Shown here: positions 9,165 to 18,760 of the stretch, piece by piece | How positions within the stretch are numbered: the stretch's first letter is position 1 | How the letters are laid out: each line of letters begins with the position of its first letter | NCBI GenBank assembly: GCA_965223565.1 | Contig: CBDCWV010000011.1 | Span: 132,600 to 196,599, forward strand | Reading direction: 5' to 3' | DNA: 64,000 bases | DNA from: Myxococcota bacterium | GTDB lineage: Bacteria > Myxococcota_A > UBA9160 > UBA4427 | Made by a program: the position numbers and the translations under genes | Notes under the pieces: generated by a model | The model's database searches: none | What the model saw: the letters and a program-made list of their open reading frames with translations, nothing else | What the model was told of the DNA's origin: nothing

Positions 9165-10496
9165 ATGGGTTGGCAACCGCCCGCGAGACCCGACTGGGTG
9201 CGCGCGATCAACGCGGGCGAGATCGCCCCGATCGCCGAAGAGGCTGCACTGCCGCTCGAACGCGACGGGCTCGTCCGTGAGGCCGCCGCACGCCAGGGCT
9301 GCGCAGCCCGCACGACCGACGAGATCGATCGACAGTTCGGGCACGTCGAATACCCGGCGGAGGACGCGCTCGACCGGCTCGATCACATTCTGCGTGCACT
9401 GGCCGATGAGGCGCGGCTGAATCCGATCGGCCGGCTCCTCACCCGCCGCTTCCTCCTGCGTCTGCTCGAGGTGCGGCTGCAGCTGATGAGCTACCTGCGC
9501 GCCGACCCGGGTGTCGTCGAGGAGTCGATCGAGCGGCCGCTCTTCGTGGCGGGCGCACCGCGAACCGGGACGACGATCCTGCATACGCTCCTCGCGGCCG
9601 ACCCGCAACACCGCGTTCCGCTCGGCTGGGAGCTGCTGCGGCCCGTTCCGCCGCCGGCGCCCGACGACGCTTGCAGTGCGGGAAGCGGCACGCCGACCGT
9701 GAGCGAGGATCCGCGCATCGCCCTCGCCGATCGCGAGCTCGTGCGCCCGCAGACGGTCGTGAGCGGACTGCTCTCGATCCACGAGTACGGCGGTCGCAAC
9801 CCCAAGGAGTGTCTGTCGGCGATGTCCTTCGCCTTTCAATCGGAGGAATTCACAGCGCGCTACGAGGTACCGAGCTACGCGAGCTGGCTCGAGGCGAGCG
9901 ACATGCGACCCGCCTACGAGATGCATCGGCTGGTGCTCCGGGTCCTGCAGCGCCGGACGCCCGGGACGCGCTGGGTGCTGAAGTCCCCCGTCCACCTGCA
10001 CGCGCTGCCGACGCTCTTCGAGGTCTATCCGGACGCCCGGGTCGCTCTCACCCATCGCGACCCCCTGACCCTGCTTGCGTCGCTCACGAGTCTGATCGCG
10101 AACCTGCGCTGGGCGCATAGCGACCACGTCGACGTCGAGGCGATCGCAGCGGCACATCTGCGACGCTATCAGGCGAGCTTCGAACAGCTCGTCGCGTGGT
10201 GCGACGCAGGCCAGATCCCAGAGACCCAGCTCCACCACAGCCTCTTCGCCGACTTCCAGTCCCGGCCGATCGACACCGTTCGACACCTCTACGATCGATT
10301 CGGGATCGAGCTGTCGGCGGCCGCAGAACGGGGGATGAGAAGCGCCCTCGCGGCGAATCCCGCCGAACGACACGGCTCCCATCGCTATGACCGTGACGCC
10401 CTGGGAGCAGACCCGGGGTTCCTGCGCAAGCGATTCGAACCCTACCAGCGTCGCTTTGGCATTCCGTCCGATCGACGCGGCACCGGCGAGTCGTGA
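9165..10496 (+). CDS. sulfotransferase family protein (Stf-like, Sulfotransfer_3-type)
   Basis: ATG 9165, 7 nt after the upstream stop. 5'-phosphosulfate-binding-type loop 'GAPRTGTTILHTLL'. Paralogous to the ORF at 48916-50166 ('GLPRTGTTILSILL'). Confidence 0.8.
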   Translation: MGWQPPARPDWVRAINAGEIAPIAEEAALPLERDGLVREAAARQGCAARTTDEIDRQFGHVEYPAEDALDRLDHILRALADEARLNPIGRLLTRRFLLRLLEVRLQLMSYLRADPGVVEESIERPLFVAGAPRTGTTILHTLLAADPQHRVPLGWELLRPVPPPAPDDACSAGSGTPTVSEDPRIALADRELVRPQTVVSGLLSIHEYGGRNPKECLSAMSFAFQSEEFTARYEVPSYASWLEASDMRPAYEMHRLVLRVLQRRTPGTRWVLKSPVHLHALPTLFEVYPDARVALTHRDPLTLLASLTSLIANLRWAHSDHVDVEAIAAAHLRRYQASFEQLVAWCDAGQIPETQLHHSLFADFQSRPIDTVRHLYDRFGIELSAAAERGMRSALAANPAERHGSHRYDRDALGADPGFLRKRFEPYQRRFGIPSDRRGTGES

Positions 10497-10643
10497 CCGC
10501 GACCCACAGGACGCCGCGGGCTCGCCGAGCCCGCGGACAGGCGCCGTCGGCGCGGCTCGCGGCATCCCTGGGTTACGCTGCAGTCCGGAGCCGTGGCGAA
10601 CGACATGGACCGATCCACCCAGACAACAGGAGACTTCTCTGTC

Positions 10644-11135
10644 ATGCCGAGCTACACGCCCGAAGAAGAACGCAACATCCGCACGACGGAACGGATGTTC
10701 GACACCGCGAGCGACGAGGACAAATCGCTGCTCTTCGCGGAGGACGCGGTTTGGTGGAACGGGCTGCCCTATGTCGGCGCGAATCCGGGTGAGACCGAGC
10801 ACAAGGGGCGCGCAGCGATCAAGGCGATCCTGACCGGAGCGACGTCGGGACCCTCCACGAAGAAGCGCAATACCGGCGTCGACGCCTACGACGTTACGAC
10901 GATCCGAAACGAGGACGTGGTGATTCTGGCCGATGGCGACTACGTCGTGCGCCAGCACACGATGCGCGCGAAGACCCACGGCGGAAGGGACTACACGAAC
11001 GTCTACTGCTTCGTCTATCGATTCAACGAGGACGGCCTGATCCAGTACCTGACCGAGCACTGGAATACCTGGCACGCGTACAACGTGCTCTTCAACAACT
11101 TCGATCTCGAGCCCGCACATCCCGAAGACGGCTGA
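10644..11135 (+). CDS. SnoaL/NTF2-like fold protein
   Basis: ATG 10644 preceded by CAGGAGA at 10627-10633. About 163 aa; 'FAEDAVWWNG...' and 'NVYCFVYRFNEDGLIQYLTEHWN' are typical of the NTF2-like cone fold. Confidence 0.65.
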   Translation: MPSYTPEEERNIRTTERMFDTASDEDKSLLFAEDAVWWNGLPYVGANPGETEHKGRAAIKAILTGATSGPSTKKRNTGVDAYDVTTIRNEDVVILADGDYVVRQHTMRAKTHGGRDYTNVYCFVYRFNEDGLIQYLTEHWNTWHAYNVLFNNFDLEPAHPEDG

Positions 11136-11197
11136 GAACAGCGACTCTCGGGAGCACGGCAGAGCCGAGACCCGCACGCGGAGGACGGTCACACGAA

Positions 11198-12238
11198 ATG
11201 GAACTCGACATCATCGCGCATCCCGGCCGGCTCCAGGCCTCCCAGCAACACGCTCGAGAGGTGGAGGAAGCGGGCTTCGGGACCATCTGGTGGACGGATA
11301 GCGGCCGCTCGGCCTATCTCGCCGCGACGGCGACGGCCCTCGGCACCGAACGACTCGGCATCGGAACGGGCATCGCCGTCGCGTTTCCGCGCAGCCCAAT
11401 GGTGACGGCCGGGATCGCCTGGGAGCTCGCCGCCGCGAGTGGTGGCCGCTTCGTGCTCGGACTCGGCAGCCAGGTCAAGGCGCATATCGAACGCCGCTAC
11501 AGCGCCGAGTTCGCTCCACCCGGTCCGCGCATGAAGGAATACGTGGAGAGCGTCAAGGCGATCTTCCGTGCCTTCCGCGGTGAAGAGAAGCTCGCCTACG
11601 AGGGCGACTACTACCACTTCTCGCTCCTGCCCCCGACCTGGAGCCCCGGACCGATCGACGTCCCCGATCCGCCCGTCTACATCTCGGCCGTGCTGCCCTA
11701 CATGAGTCGTCTCGTCGGCGAGGTCGCCGACGGCATCCACGTCCACCCCTTCCACTCACCCGCCTACGTGAAGGACGTCCAACGGCGGGCGATCGAAGAA
11801 GGGCTCGCGCGCTCCGGCCGGCGACTCGAGGACATCACGTTCTCCTGCCCGATCATGACGGCGGTCGGCGACTCGGACGAAGAGCTCGAGCGCACGCGCG
11901 AGCACAGCCGCACGATGATCGCGTTCTACGGCTCGACGCGGACCTATTCGGCGGTCTTCGAGCATCACGGATTCGACGGGCTCTCCGACGAGCTCCACGC
12001 GCGCCAGAAGCAGGGCGACATCGCCGGCATGCAAGCGCTCGTGAGCGACGACGTCCTCGAGCACTACATCGTCAGCGCGAGCTGGAACGATCTCGCCGAG
12101 AAGCTCGTCGACCGCTACCGCGATCTCGCCCCGAACGTGCGCGTCACTTCCTACACGGCTGCCGACAACTGGTCGGACCCGGCCTGGCGGGAGAAGTGGT
12201 CGCAGGTGGCGAAGGCGATGCGGGCTGCGGCCTGCTAG
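11198..12238 (+). CDS. LLM-class oxidoreductase (resembles F420-dependent subclass)
   Basis: 346 aa. 'AGFGTIWWTDSGRSAYLAATATALGTERLGIGTGIAVAFPRSPMVTA...GRFVLGLGSQVKAHIERRY'. Confidence 0.85.
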   Translation: MELDIIAHPGRLQASQQHAREVEEAGFGTIWWTDSGRSAYLAATATALGTERLGIGTGIAVAFPRSPMVTAGIAWELAAASGGRFVLGLGSQVKAHIERRYSAEFAPPGPRMKEYVESVKAIFRAFRGEEKLAYEGDYYHFSLLPPTWSPGPIDVPDPPVYISAVLPYMSRLVGEVADGIHVHPFHSPAYVKDVQRRAIEEGLARSGRRLEDITFSCPIMTAVGDSDEELERTREHSRTMIAFYGSTRTYSAVFEHHGFDGLSDELHARQKQGDIAGMQALVSDDVLEHYIVSASWNDLAEKLVDRYRDLAPNVRVTSYTAADNWSDPAWREKWSQVAKAMRAAAC

Positions 12239-12249
12239 GCCGCACGGAT

Positions 12250-12277
12250 GGCCGCCGGGCGGCCGGATCTCAGATCC
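12250..12277. terminator. two adjacent GC-rich palindromes between convergent genes (possible bidirectional terminator, no U-tract)
   Basis: GGCCGCC-G-GGCGGCC (12250-12264) and GGATCT-C-AGATCC (12265-12277), lying between stop 12238 (+) and stop 12270 (-). Confidence 0.3.
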
Positions 12278-13352
12278 CCGCGTAGTCACGGAGCGCATGG
12301 CGGCTCTCGAGATCCTCGATCGCCGCCTCGGCGCGGGCGAGAAACGCGGAGGCGAAGCGCCTGCGCCGCTCGGTCGCGTCTTCGGGAAAGGTGACGATCT
12401 GACACGACGCCGGCGCGAGATAGGCGGCATGGATCCGGTGCGTCCGCCAGGCATCGTCGAAATCGATCGGTTCCCCACCGAGGGCACGCCGGACGTCGAG
12501 ATAGTGCTCGATCAGGCGCCGCTCGTGCGCGCGCCGATCCTCGATCGAGAGACACATGTTGATGAAGTAGCTGACATCACGCAGCGGCGTACTCACGACC
12601 ACGAGGCCCCAATCGAGGAAGCCCGTCACGCCGTGGTCGTCGAATAGATTGCCGATATGCGTGTCGCCGTGGATGACCGTCCGTGGGCCTTCCTTCCACA
12701 GGGCGTGCAGCGCGTCCCGCTCTCGAATGTAGAGGGCCGCCATCTCGGCAAAGGCGTCACTCAGCCGATCGCGATGCTGGTCGAGGCCCTGCTGGAGCCG
12801 CGTCGTGCCGTAGTCGCTCGGCGGGTCCGGCTCCGGTACCCAGCTCGCCTCCCGGTCCCGCATCGAAGGATCCTCGAAGCGCACATGCATCCCTGCGAGG
12901 TCCTCGAGCGCGCGCGCGGCCGCGTCGGGTGTCGGGCTCTCGGGACCGGTCGAGACCGTGCAGCCGGACTCGTTCAGGTCTTCGATCAACAGGACGAAGG
13001 CGCCCTCTCCCTCCGTCTCGTAGCGCACGGCGTGTGCCGCCGGCACGCGCAGCGACAGCCGCGGCGCGAGCTCGTCATAGAAACGGGCCTCGCGCAGGCC
13101 CATCCGCGTCTGCGCGATCGCGCGACGTCGGGTGGGATCCTGCGGCAACATCTTGCAGAATAGCGAGGTCGGTGCGCGCTCCGCCGCGCCGCCCTCCGAG
13201 TAGGCGACGCGTAGCCAGGCATGCGAGTTCGTCACCTCGGCGCGATCGACGATCGTGACGGACTCGACGCGCACGCCGGGATGACGCGCGGCGAGCGCCT
13301 GCGAGAGCCAGGCTGGATCGATCTCTTCGGCACTCCTCGGAATCCGGCTCAC
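12270..13352 (-). CDS. phosphotransferase (APH/choline-kinase-like) family protein
   Basis: 360 aa. Brenner/catalytic region 'VIHGDTHIGNLFDDHGVTGFLDWGLV'. Confidence 0.8.
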   Translation of the reverse strand: MSRIPRSAEEIDPAWLSQALAARHPGVRVESVTIVDRAEVTNSHAWLRVAYSEGGAAERAPTSLFCKMLPQDPTRRRAIAQTRMGLREARFYDELAPRLSLRVPAAHAVRYETEGEGAFVLLIEDLNESGCTVSTGPESPTPDAAARALEDLAGMHVRFEDPSMRDREASWVPEPDPPSDYGTTRLQQGLDQHRDRLSDAFAEMAALYIRERDALHALWKEGPRTVIHGDTHIGNLFDDHGVTGFLDWGLVVVSTPLRDVSYFINMCLSIEDRRAHERRLIEHYLDVRRALGGEPIDFDDAWRTHRIHAAYLAPASCQIVTFPEDATERRRRFASAFLARAEAAIEDLESRHALRDYAGI

Positions 13353-13427
13353 ACGTGCCTCCCCGAAACGATGGATCGCACCCGCTCGCGCGCGACGTCG
13401 ACGCGAGCAGTCGAGTCGCGTACGCCG

Positions 13428-14204
13428 CTAGCGATTGTCCCGCTTGACGCGCTCGAGGATCTCGTCCGCTCCGACCGATGCCGACAGGTGCGGACCCGCC
13501 TGCAGATCGCCGAGGGTTCGGATCACCGAGCGTCCGCCGCGAAGCTCGAGCGCCGTATGGACCGCGCGTTTGTTGACCGAGAGCACGGCCACGCTCGTGC
13601 CGGCCATCCGCTCCGCAATCGCGAGAACCTCCGACTCGAGCCGCTCCGCCGCAAACGCCTGATTGATCAGACCGACCGCGGCGGCCTCGATCCCGTCGAA
13701 CTCGCGCCCCGCGACCTGCAGCTCCATCGCGACGCGCGGCGGCAGCTGGGTTGGAAACCAATCGAAGTCGGGCAAGGCGAAGCGCGTGACGGGATGGGAG
13801 AAGCGCGCATCCTCTGCGCCGTAGGCGAGATCACAGGCTCCGACGAGCTCGAGCCCGCCGGCCATCGCATAGCCATGCACCTGGGCGATCACGGGCTTCG
13901 CGAGATCCCAGATCGACATCCAGCCCTCGCTCACGTGGCGTGCCCACTGCATTCCCACCTGCGAGGTGAAATAAGGCTGATCCGACCCGAGATCGGAGCC
14001 GAGATCGTAGCCCGACGAGAAACACTTTCCCGCGCCGCGAATGATCGAGACCCGCACGTCGTCGTCGCCGTCGGCCGTCTGCAGCCCCTCGACCAGCGCA
14101 CGGCGAAGTGCATTCGACATCGCATTTCTCTTCTCTGGCCGATTCAGCGTGAACCGGCGCACGCCCGGAATCGGGTCATCGATCACGACGAGCGAATCGT
14201 CCAT
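13428..14204 (-). CDS. enoyl-CoA hydratase/isomerase family protein
   Basis: 'RFTLNRPEKRNAM' and 'GAGKCFSSGYDLG'; 258 aa. Confidence 0.9.
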   Translation of the reverse strand: MDDSLVVIDDPIPGVRRFTLNRPEKRNAMSNALRRALVEGLQTADGDDDVRVSIIRGAGKCFSSGYDLGSDLGSDQPYFTSQVGMQWARHVSEGWMSIWDLAKPVIAQVHGYAMAGGLELVGACDLAYGAEDARFSHPVTRFALPDFDWFPTQLPPRVAMELQVAGREFDGIEAAAVGLINQAFAAERLESEVLAIAERMAGTSVAVLSVNKRAVHTALELRGGRSVIRTLGDLQAGPHLSASVGADEILERVKRDNR

Positions 14205-14277
14205 CTCTCGTGCTTCTCCTCATGCCTCATGGCTGCCGTTCGCCACGGTACCGAAGACACACGCGTGTGCCGACCAT

Positions 14278-15066
14278 TCAAACGATCATCGCACCCGCCG
14301 TCACGTGCAGCTCGATACCCGTCACGTTGCGTGCCCGATCCGAGCCGAGATAGAGGCAGGCCTCGGCGATGTCCTCCGGGTCGACGTGCCGCTCGAGGAC
14401 GGATTGGCGAGCGATGCGCGCGCTCATTTCCTCCGGCGTCACGCCGACGCCCTCCGCCATCGCTTCGAGGAGCCGCGTCAGCCCTTCGCCCGTCGTGTAG
14501 CCGGGCGTCACGACGTTCACGCGCACGTTCTGGCCACCCATCTCACGCGCCATCGTCTTCGAGAGCGCGACCATCGCCGACTTTGTCGAGCTGTATTCGC
14601 CGTTCTTCGGGATCAGCGCGGTCGTGCTGAGCGTGCCGATGTTGATGATCGAGCCACCTCCGGTCTCGACCATGCGCCGGGCCGCCTCGCCGCACGCCTT
14701 CATCGTGCCGATCACGTTCAGCTGGACCGATTCGGCGTAGTGACTCCAATCGAAATCGACGATCGACTGGCGTGGGAATCCCGAGGTCGCCACGTTGACG
14801 AGCACGTCGATCCGGCCGAGCTCCGAGACCGTTCGGTCCATCAATGCCGTGACCGCGTCCGGGTCCGTCAGGTCGCAGGCGATCGACAGCGCCCTCCGTC
14901 CCGACTCCGAGGCCAGCTCCGCTGCCATCGCGGCGAGCGGACCGGCGCGGCGTGCAGCCACCACGACGTCGGCGCCGTCGCGCGCGAAGGCTCGGGCCGT
15001 CGCGCGACCGATCCCTGGCCCCGCACCCGTCACGACCGCCACCTTCTCCGCGAGACTCCGATCCAT
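14278..15066 (-). CDS. SDR family oxidoreductase
   Basis: ATG 15066 with GGAGGAGG 9-10 nt upstream; the track start at 15075 is a GTG abutting that RBS. 'VTGAGPGIGRA', 'YSSTKSA'. Confidence 0.9.
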   Translation of the reverse strand: MDRSLAEKVAVVTGAGPGIGRATARAFARDGADVVVAARRAGPLAAMAAELASESGRRALSIACDLTDPDAVTALMDRTVSELGRIDVLVNVATSGFPRQSIVDFDWSHYAESVQLNVIGTMKACGEAARRMVETGGGSIINIGTLSTTALIPKNGEYSSTKSAMVALSKTMAREMGGQNVRVNVVTPGYTTGEGLTRLLEAMAEGVGVTPEEMSARIARQSVLERHVDPEDIAEACLYLGSDRARNVTGIELHVTAGAMIV

Positions 15067-15209
15067 GCCGAGCACCCTCCTCCGGGCCCACGCTAGCCGA
15101 TCGAAACGCCGGCGATCCGTGTTCGCGCGTTAGACTGCGCTGCGAACGACCGACCTACGGACCGGAGACGAGCTCCGGTGCGGGAGCGAGCGCGCCACGA
15201 CGAGGCGGA

Positions 15210-17081
15210 ATGCCGAGCCCGACCTCCTCACGCGAAGATCCGGCCGCCAACGACGCGTCCCGAAACGATCCACCGCGATCGGGACCGCCCGCGCGGCGGC
15301 TGCGCCCGCTGCGCGGGCTCCTGCCCTTCGTCGCCCGCTACGAACGCGTCGTGCTGGCGGCCTTCCTGGCGCTCGTCGCATCGACGGCGGTCATGCTGAT
15401 CGTGCCGCTCGGCGTGCGCAACGTCATCGACGAGGGGTTCACGCGCGAGAATGCCGCACTGCTCGACCGCTCCTTCGGTGCCCTGATCGGGCTGGCGCTC
15501 TTGATGGGCGTCACCAGCTCGCTTCGCTTCTTTCTCGTCTCGTGGATCGGAGAGCGGGTCGTGAGCGACCTGCGTTCGGCCGTCTTCGACCACGTCCTCG
15601 GACAGAGCCCGGCCTTCTTCGAGATCAATCACACGGCCGAAATCCAGTCTCGACTCACGACGGACACGACCCTCATCAAGACCGTCGTAGGATCGACGGT
15701 CTCGATCGCCCTGCGCAATGCGTTCACGTTCGTCGGCTCGGCCGCGATGTTGATCTACACGAGCCCTCGACTCTCGGCGCTGGTGCTCGTCGCGATCCCC
15801 GCGATCGCATTTCCCTTACTGGGCTTCGGTCGGCTGGTGCGACGGCTCGCGCGCCGTAGCCAGGACACGCTCGCCGACACGAACGTCTTTGCGGGGGAAG
15901 CCCTGTCGTTCATCCAGACCGTACAGGCCTTCGGCCACGAGCGTCACGATCGCGCGCGCTATCGAGAGGTCGTCGAGGTCGCCTTCGATGCGGCGCGAAA
16001 GCGACTGCTCGCACGGGCGACGCTGACGGCACTCGTCATCTTCCTCGTCTTCGCCTTCATCGCGGGCCTGCTCTGGATCGGCGCCCGCGGCGTACTGGAC
16101 GGCGATCTCAGCGCGGGCCTGCTCGGCCAGTTCGTGCTCTACGCCGTCTTCTGCGCGATGAGCCTGGCGGCACTGACGGAAGTCTGGGGTGACCTCCAGC
16201 TCGCCTCGGGTGCGGCAGAGCGGCTCTTCGAGCTGCTCGCGATCGAGCCCGAGATCACGGCCCCGCGCGATCCGGTGGCCCTGCCCGAGCCGAGCCCCGG
16301 TCGGGTCCGCTTCGATCGCGTCTCGTTCCACTACCCCACGCGCCCCGAGCTGCCCGCGCTCACGGCGCTCTCCTTCGAAGCGCAGGCAGGCGAGACGCTC
16401 GCGATCGTCGGTCCGTCCGGCGCAGGCAAGAGCACGATCCTGCGGCTGCTGCTCCGCTTCTACGACCCGACCGGGGGAGCCGTCTTCGTCGACGACGTCG
16501 ACCTGCGTCGTGCCGACACCGACGCGATCCGGAAGCGCTTCGCGATCGTGCCTCAGGAGGCGGCCATCTTCAGCGTGAGTCTGCGTGAGAACATCCGCTA
16601 TGGCCGCCCCGAGGCGAGCGACCAGCAGGTCGAGGAGGCCGCTCGAGCGGCGCTCGTCGACGAATTCGCACGGGCACTTCCCGAGGGCTATGAGACGCGC
16701 CTTGGCGAGAACGGCATGACGTTGTCCGGCGGCCAACGCCAACGCGTCTCGATCGCGCGGGCCCTGCTCGCGGATCGACCGATTCTCTTGCTCGACGAGG
16801 CCACCAGCTCCCTCGACTCGCAGAGCGAACGCCTCGTTCAGGCAGCGATCGAACGCCTGAAGACCGGCCGGACTACGATCGTGATCGCCCATCGGTTGGC
16901 GACGATCCGCGGCGCGAATCGCATCCTCGTCGTCGAAGCGGGTCGCGCGGTCGCGATCGGATCTCACGACGAGCTGGTTCGCGAGGGCGGTCTCTACGCC
17001 GACCTCGCCCGACTGCAGATCGACGGCGACACGTCACCCCGTACGCCTGACGAGTCGGACGCGACGCGAGCAACGGGCTGA
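15210..17081 (+). CDS. ABC transporter, fused permease/ATP-binding protein (MsbA/ATM1-like exporter)
   Basis: ATG 15210. Six-TM exporter domain, then Walker A 'GPSGAGKST', signature 'LSGGQRQR' and Walker B 'ILLLDEATS'. The 86-aa upstream extension of the track ORF overlaps the SDR gene and is Arg/Pro-rich. Confidence 0.9.
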   Translation: MPSPTSSREDPAANDASRNDPPRSGPPARRLRPLRGLLPFVARYERVVLAAFLALVASTAVMLIVPLGVRNVIDEGFTRENAALLDRSFGALIGLALLMGVTSSLRFFLVSWIGERVVSDLRSAVFDHVLGQSPAFFEINHTAEIQSRLTTDTTLIKTVVGSTVSIALRNAFTFVGSAAMLIYTSPRLSALVLVAIPAIAFPLLGFGRLVRRLARRSQDTLADTNVFAGEALSFIQTVQAFGHERHDRARYREVVEVAFDAARKRLLARATLTALVIFLVFAFIAGLLWIGARGVLDGDLSAGLLGQFVLYAVFCAMSLAALTEVWGDLQLASGAAERLFELLAIEPEITAPRDPVALPEPSPGRVRFDRVSFHYPTRPELPALTALSFEAQAGETLAIVGPSGAGKSTILRLLLRFYDPTGGAVFVDDVDLRRADTDAIRKRFAIVPQEAAIFSVSLRENIRYGRPEASDQQVEEAARAALVDEFARALPEGYETRLGENGMTLSGGQRQRVSIARALLADRPILLLDEATSSLDSQSERLVQAAIERLKTGRTTIVIAHRLATIRGANRILVVEAGRAVAIGSHDELVREGGLYADLARLQIDGDTSPRTPDESDATRATG

Positions 17082-17121
17082 GGGTCGCGCGCGAGTACGT
17101 TTCGCGCAGAGCCACTGTCCG

Positions 17122-17472
17122 CTAGAAGATCCAGCCTGGAGTGCCGTCTTCCGGCAGCGCGTCGACCCAGTGGAATTCGAATCCGTGTTGACGCGCGTAG
17201 ATCTCGTCCGCGTTGCCGTCGCCGATGTGGATCAGGCGGGTCGCTTCGGGAAAACGAGCCCGGATCTCGTCCAGCTTGTGTTTGTGGCCGACGAAGTCCA
17301 TCTCGATGCCGCAGCGGGCCCACAGCCGTTCCTGGTCGCTCACGACACGGTCCGAAGCGCTTCCGACCGTGTATCCGAGCCCCTTGGCGCGCCGGATCAG
17401 GGAGAGCGGGATCCGGCCGGGCGGATCCCCGACCTCGAGCGTTCCGTCGATATCGAGACTGAGCAGGACCAT
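17122..17472 (-). CDS. small HAD-superfamily hydrolase-like protein
   Basis: 'MVLLSLDIDGTLE' (DxDGT motif I), 'GSASDR', 'IGDGNADE' (motif IV-like). The start could instead be upstream, up to 17574. Confidence 0.55.
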   Translation of the reverse strand: MVLLSLDIDGTLEVGDPPGRIPLSLIRRAKGLGYTVGSASDRVVSDQERLWARCGIEMDFVGHKHKLDEIRARFPEATRLIHIGDGNADEIYARQHGFEFHWVDALPEDGTPGWIF

Positions 17473-17633
17473 GGGCGACGAGAATACCACGCCAGCCCCT
17501 GCCCACGCGTTCATGGGACTGATATCCTGCATCGAATGTGCTCGAGCCGAAGGGGCCGTGAGCCCGAGCCGCAACCGGGATGACCGGTCAGCCGAACGAT
17601 CTCTCGAGAACGACCCAGGAGAGGAACGCCCTC

Positions 17634-18755
17634 ATGTCCGCAGCCGAACGTCTGGTTTCTTCCGACGACCATGTCGACCTCGCCCACGAAGACGTCAAGC
17701 AACGCCTGGCGACGAAATACCACGCGGCCTACGACCAGGCGCTCCAGGAGTTCGGCGCCGGCATGGCGAAGACGATGAGCGCCGAAGCGAACGGCTTGTG
17801 GCGCAAACAACAGGGGCTACCACCGGGCGAGGTCGCTGACATGTCGAGCCTGGCGGGTCGCAAGCATCCTGCGGCTGGACGCGCCGGGCACACGGACCCG
17901 CACGCGCGGCTCGAAGACCTCGACGCGGACGGAATCGACGCATCGGTCATGTACTGCGAAGTGAGCGCATTCCGGTACCTCTACCTGCTGAAGGAAGGCA
18001 ACCGCGAAGCGACCCGCGCCTTCAACCAGACCATGTCGGACTTCGCCTCCGTCGATCCGAAGCGGATGATCGTCTCGTTCCAGATTCCGATCCACGACAT
18101 CGACGGTGCGATCAGAGAGGTGAAGTGGGTCGCCGAGCAGGGCGGAAAATCGCTGCAGCTGCCGGTCTTCCCGGCGGAGCTGGGACTTCCCGACTACTGG
18201 GACGAGCGCTACGACCCGCTCTGGCGCGCGATCGAAGAGGTCGATCTGCCGGTCTGCCTCCACATCGGGCTGAACACCCAGCTCGAGAGCCTGGCGCAAC
18301 GCGATCCGACGCCCCAGAAAGGCATCTTCGTCGGCGCCGTCGCGCTCTCGACCGCGGAGCCGCTCGGCATGTTCATCATGGGCGGCGTCTTCGAGCGATT
18401 CCCGAAGCTCAAGGTCGTCTTCGTCGAGCCGGGACTCGGCTGGGTGAGCTGGTGGCTCTACATCGTCGATGATCTGCGCACGCGCCAGGGCTACGACTTT
18501 CCTGCCATTCGGGAGCTCCCGAGTCACTACTTCCATCGCAACGTCTTCCTCACCTTCATCGACGAGCCCGACGCCTATCGCCAGGCCCAGGAGCGCCTCG
18601 GTGTGGACAACATCATGTGGTCGTCCGACTATCCACATCCGGTCTCGAGCTGGCCGCGCTCGCAGCAGGTCGTCGACGCCATGTTCGACGGCATTCCGGC
18701 CGAGGATCGCGAGAAGATCGTGAGCGGTAACGCGACGCGCGTCTGGAATCTCTAG
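17634..18755 (+). CDS. amidohydrolase_2 (ACMSD-like) family protein
   Basis: ATG 17634 after AGGAGAGGA. 'SSDDHVDL', 'WSSDYPHP' metal-ligand motifs. Confidence 0.85.
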   Translation: MSAAERLVSSDDHVDLAHEDVKQRLATKYHAAYDQALQEFGAGMAKTMSAEANGLWRKQQGLPPGEVADMSSLAGRKHPAAGRAGHTDPHARLEDLDADGIDASVMYCEVSAFRYLYLLKEGNREATRAFNQTMSDFASVDPKRMIVSFQIPIHDIDGAIREVKWVAEQGGKSLQLPVFPAELGLPDYWDERYDPLWRAIEEVDLPVCLHIGLNTQLESLAQRDPTPQKGIFVGAVALSTAEPLGMFIMGGVFERFPKLKVVFVEPGLGWVSWWLYIVDDLRTRQGYDFPAIRELPSHYFHRNVFLTFIDEPDAYRQAQERLGVDNIMWSSDYPHPVSSWPRSQQVVDAMFDGIPAEDREKIVSGNATRVWNL

Positions 18756-18760
18756 GCCGA

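Noticed and set aside
8871-11192. 773-aa minus-strand ORF opposite the sulfotransferase and SnoaL-like genes
   Set aside because: Same shadow-ORF signature: low complexity, no motifs, and opposite well-supported genes with RBS-preceded starts.
14952-15209. 86-aa N-terminal extension of the ABC transporter
   Set aside because: It overlaps the divergent SDR gene and its promoter region and is poly-Arg/Pro. ATG 15210 gives the normal N-terminus for this exporter family.
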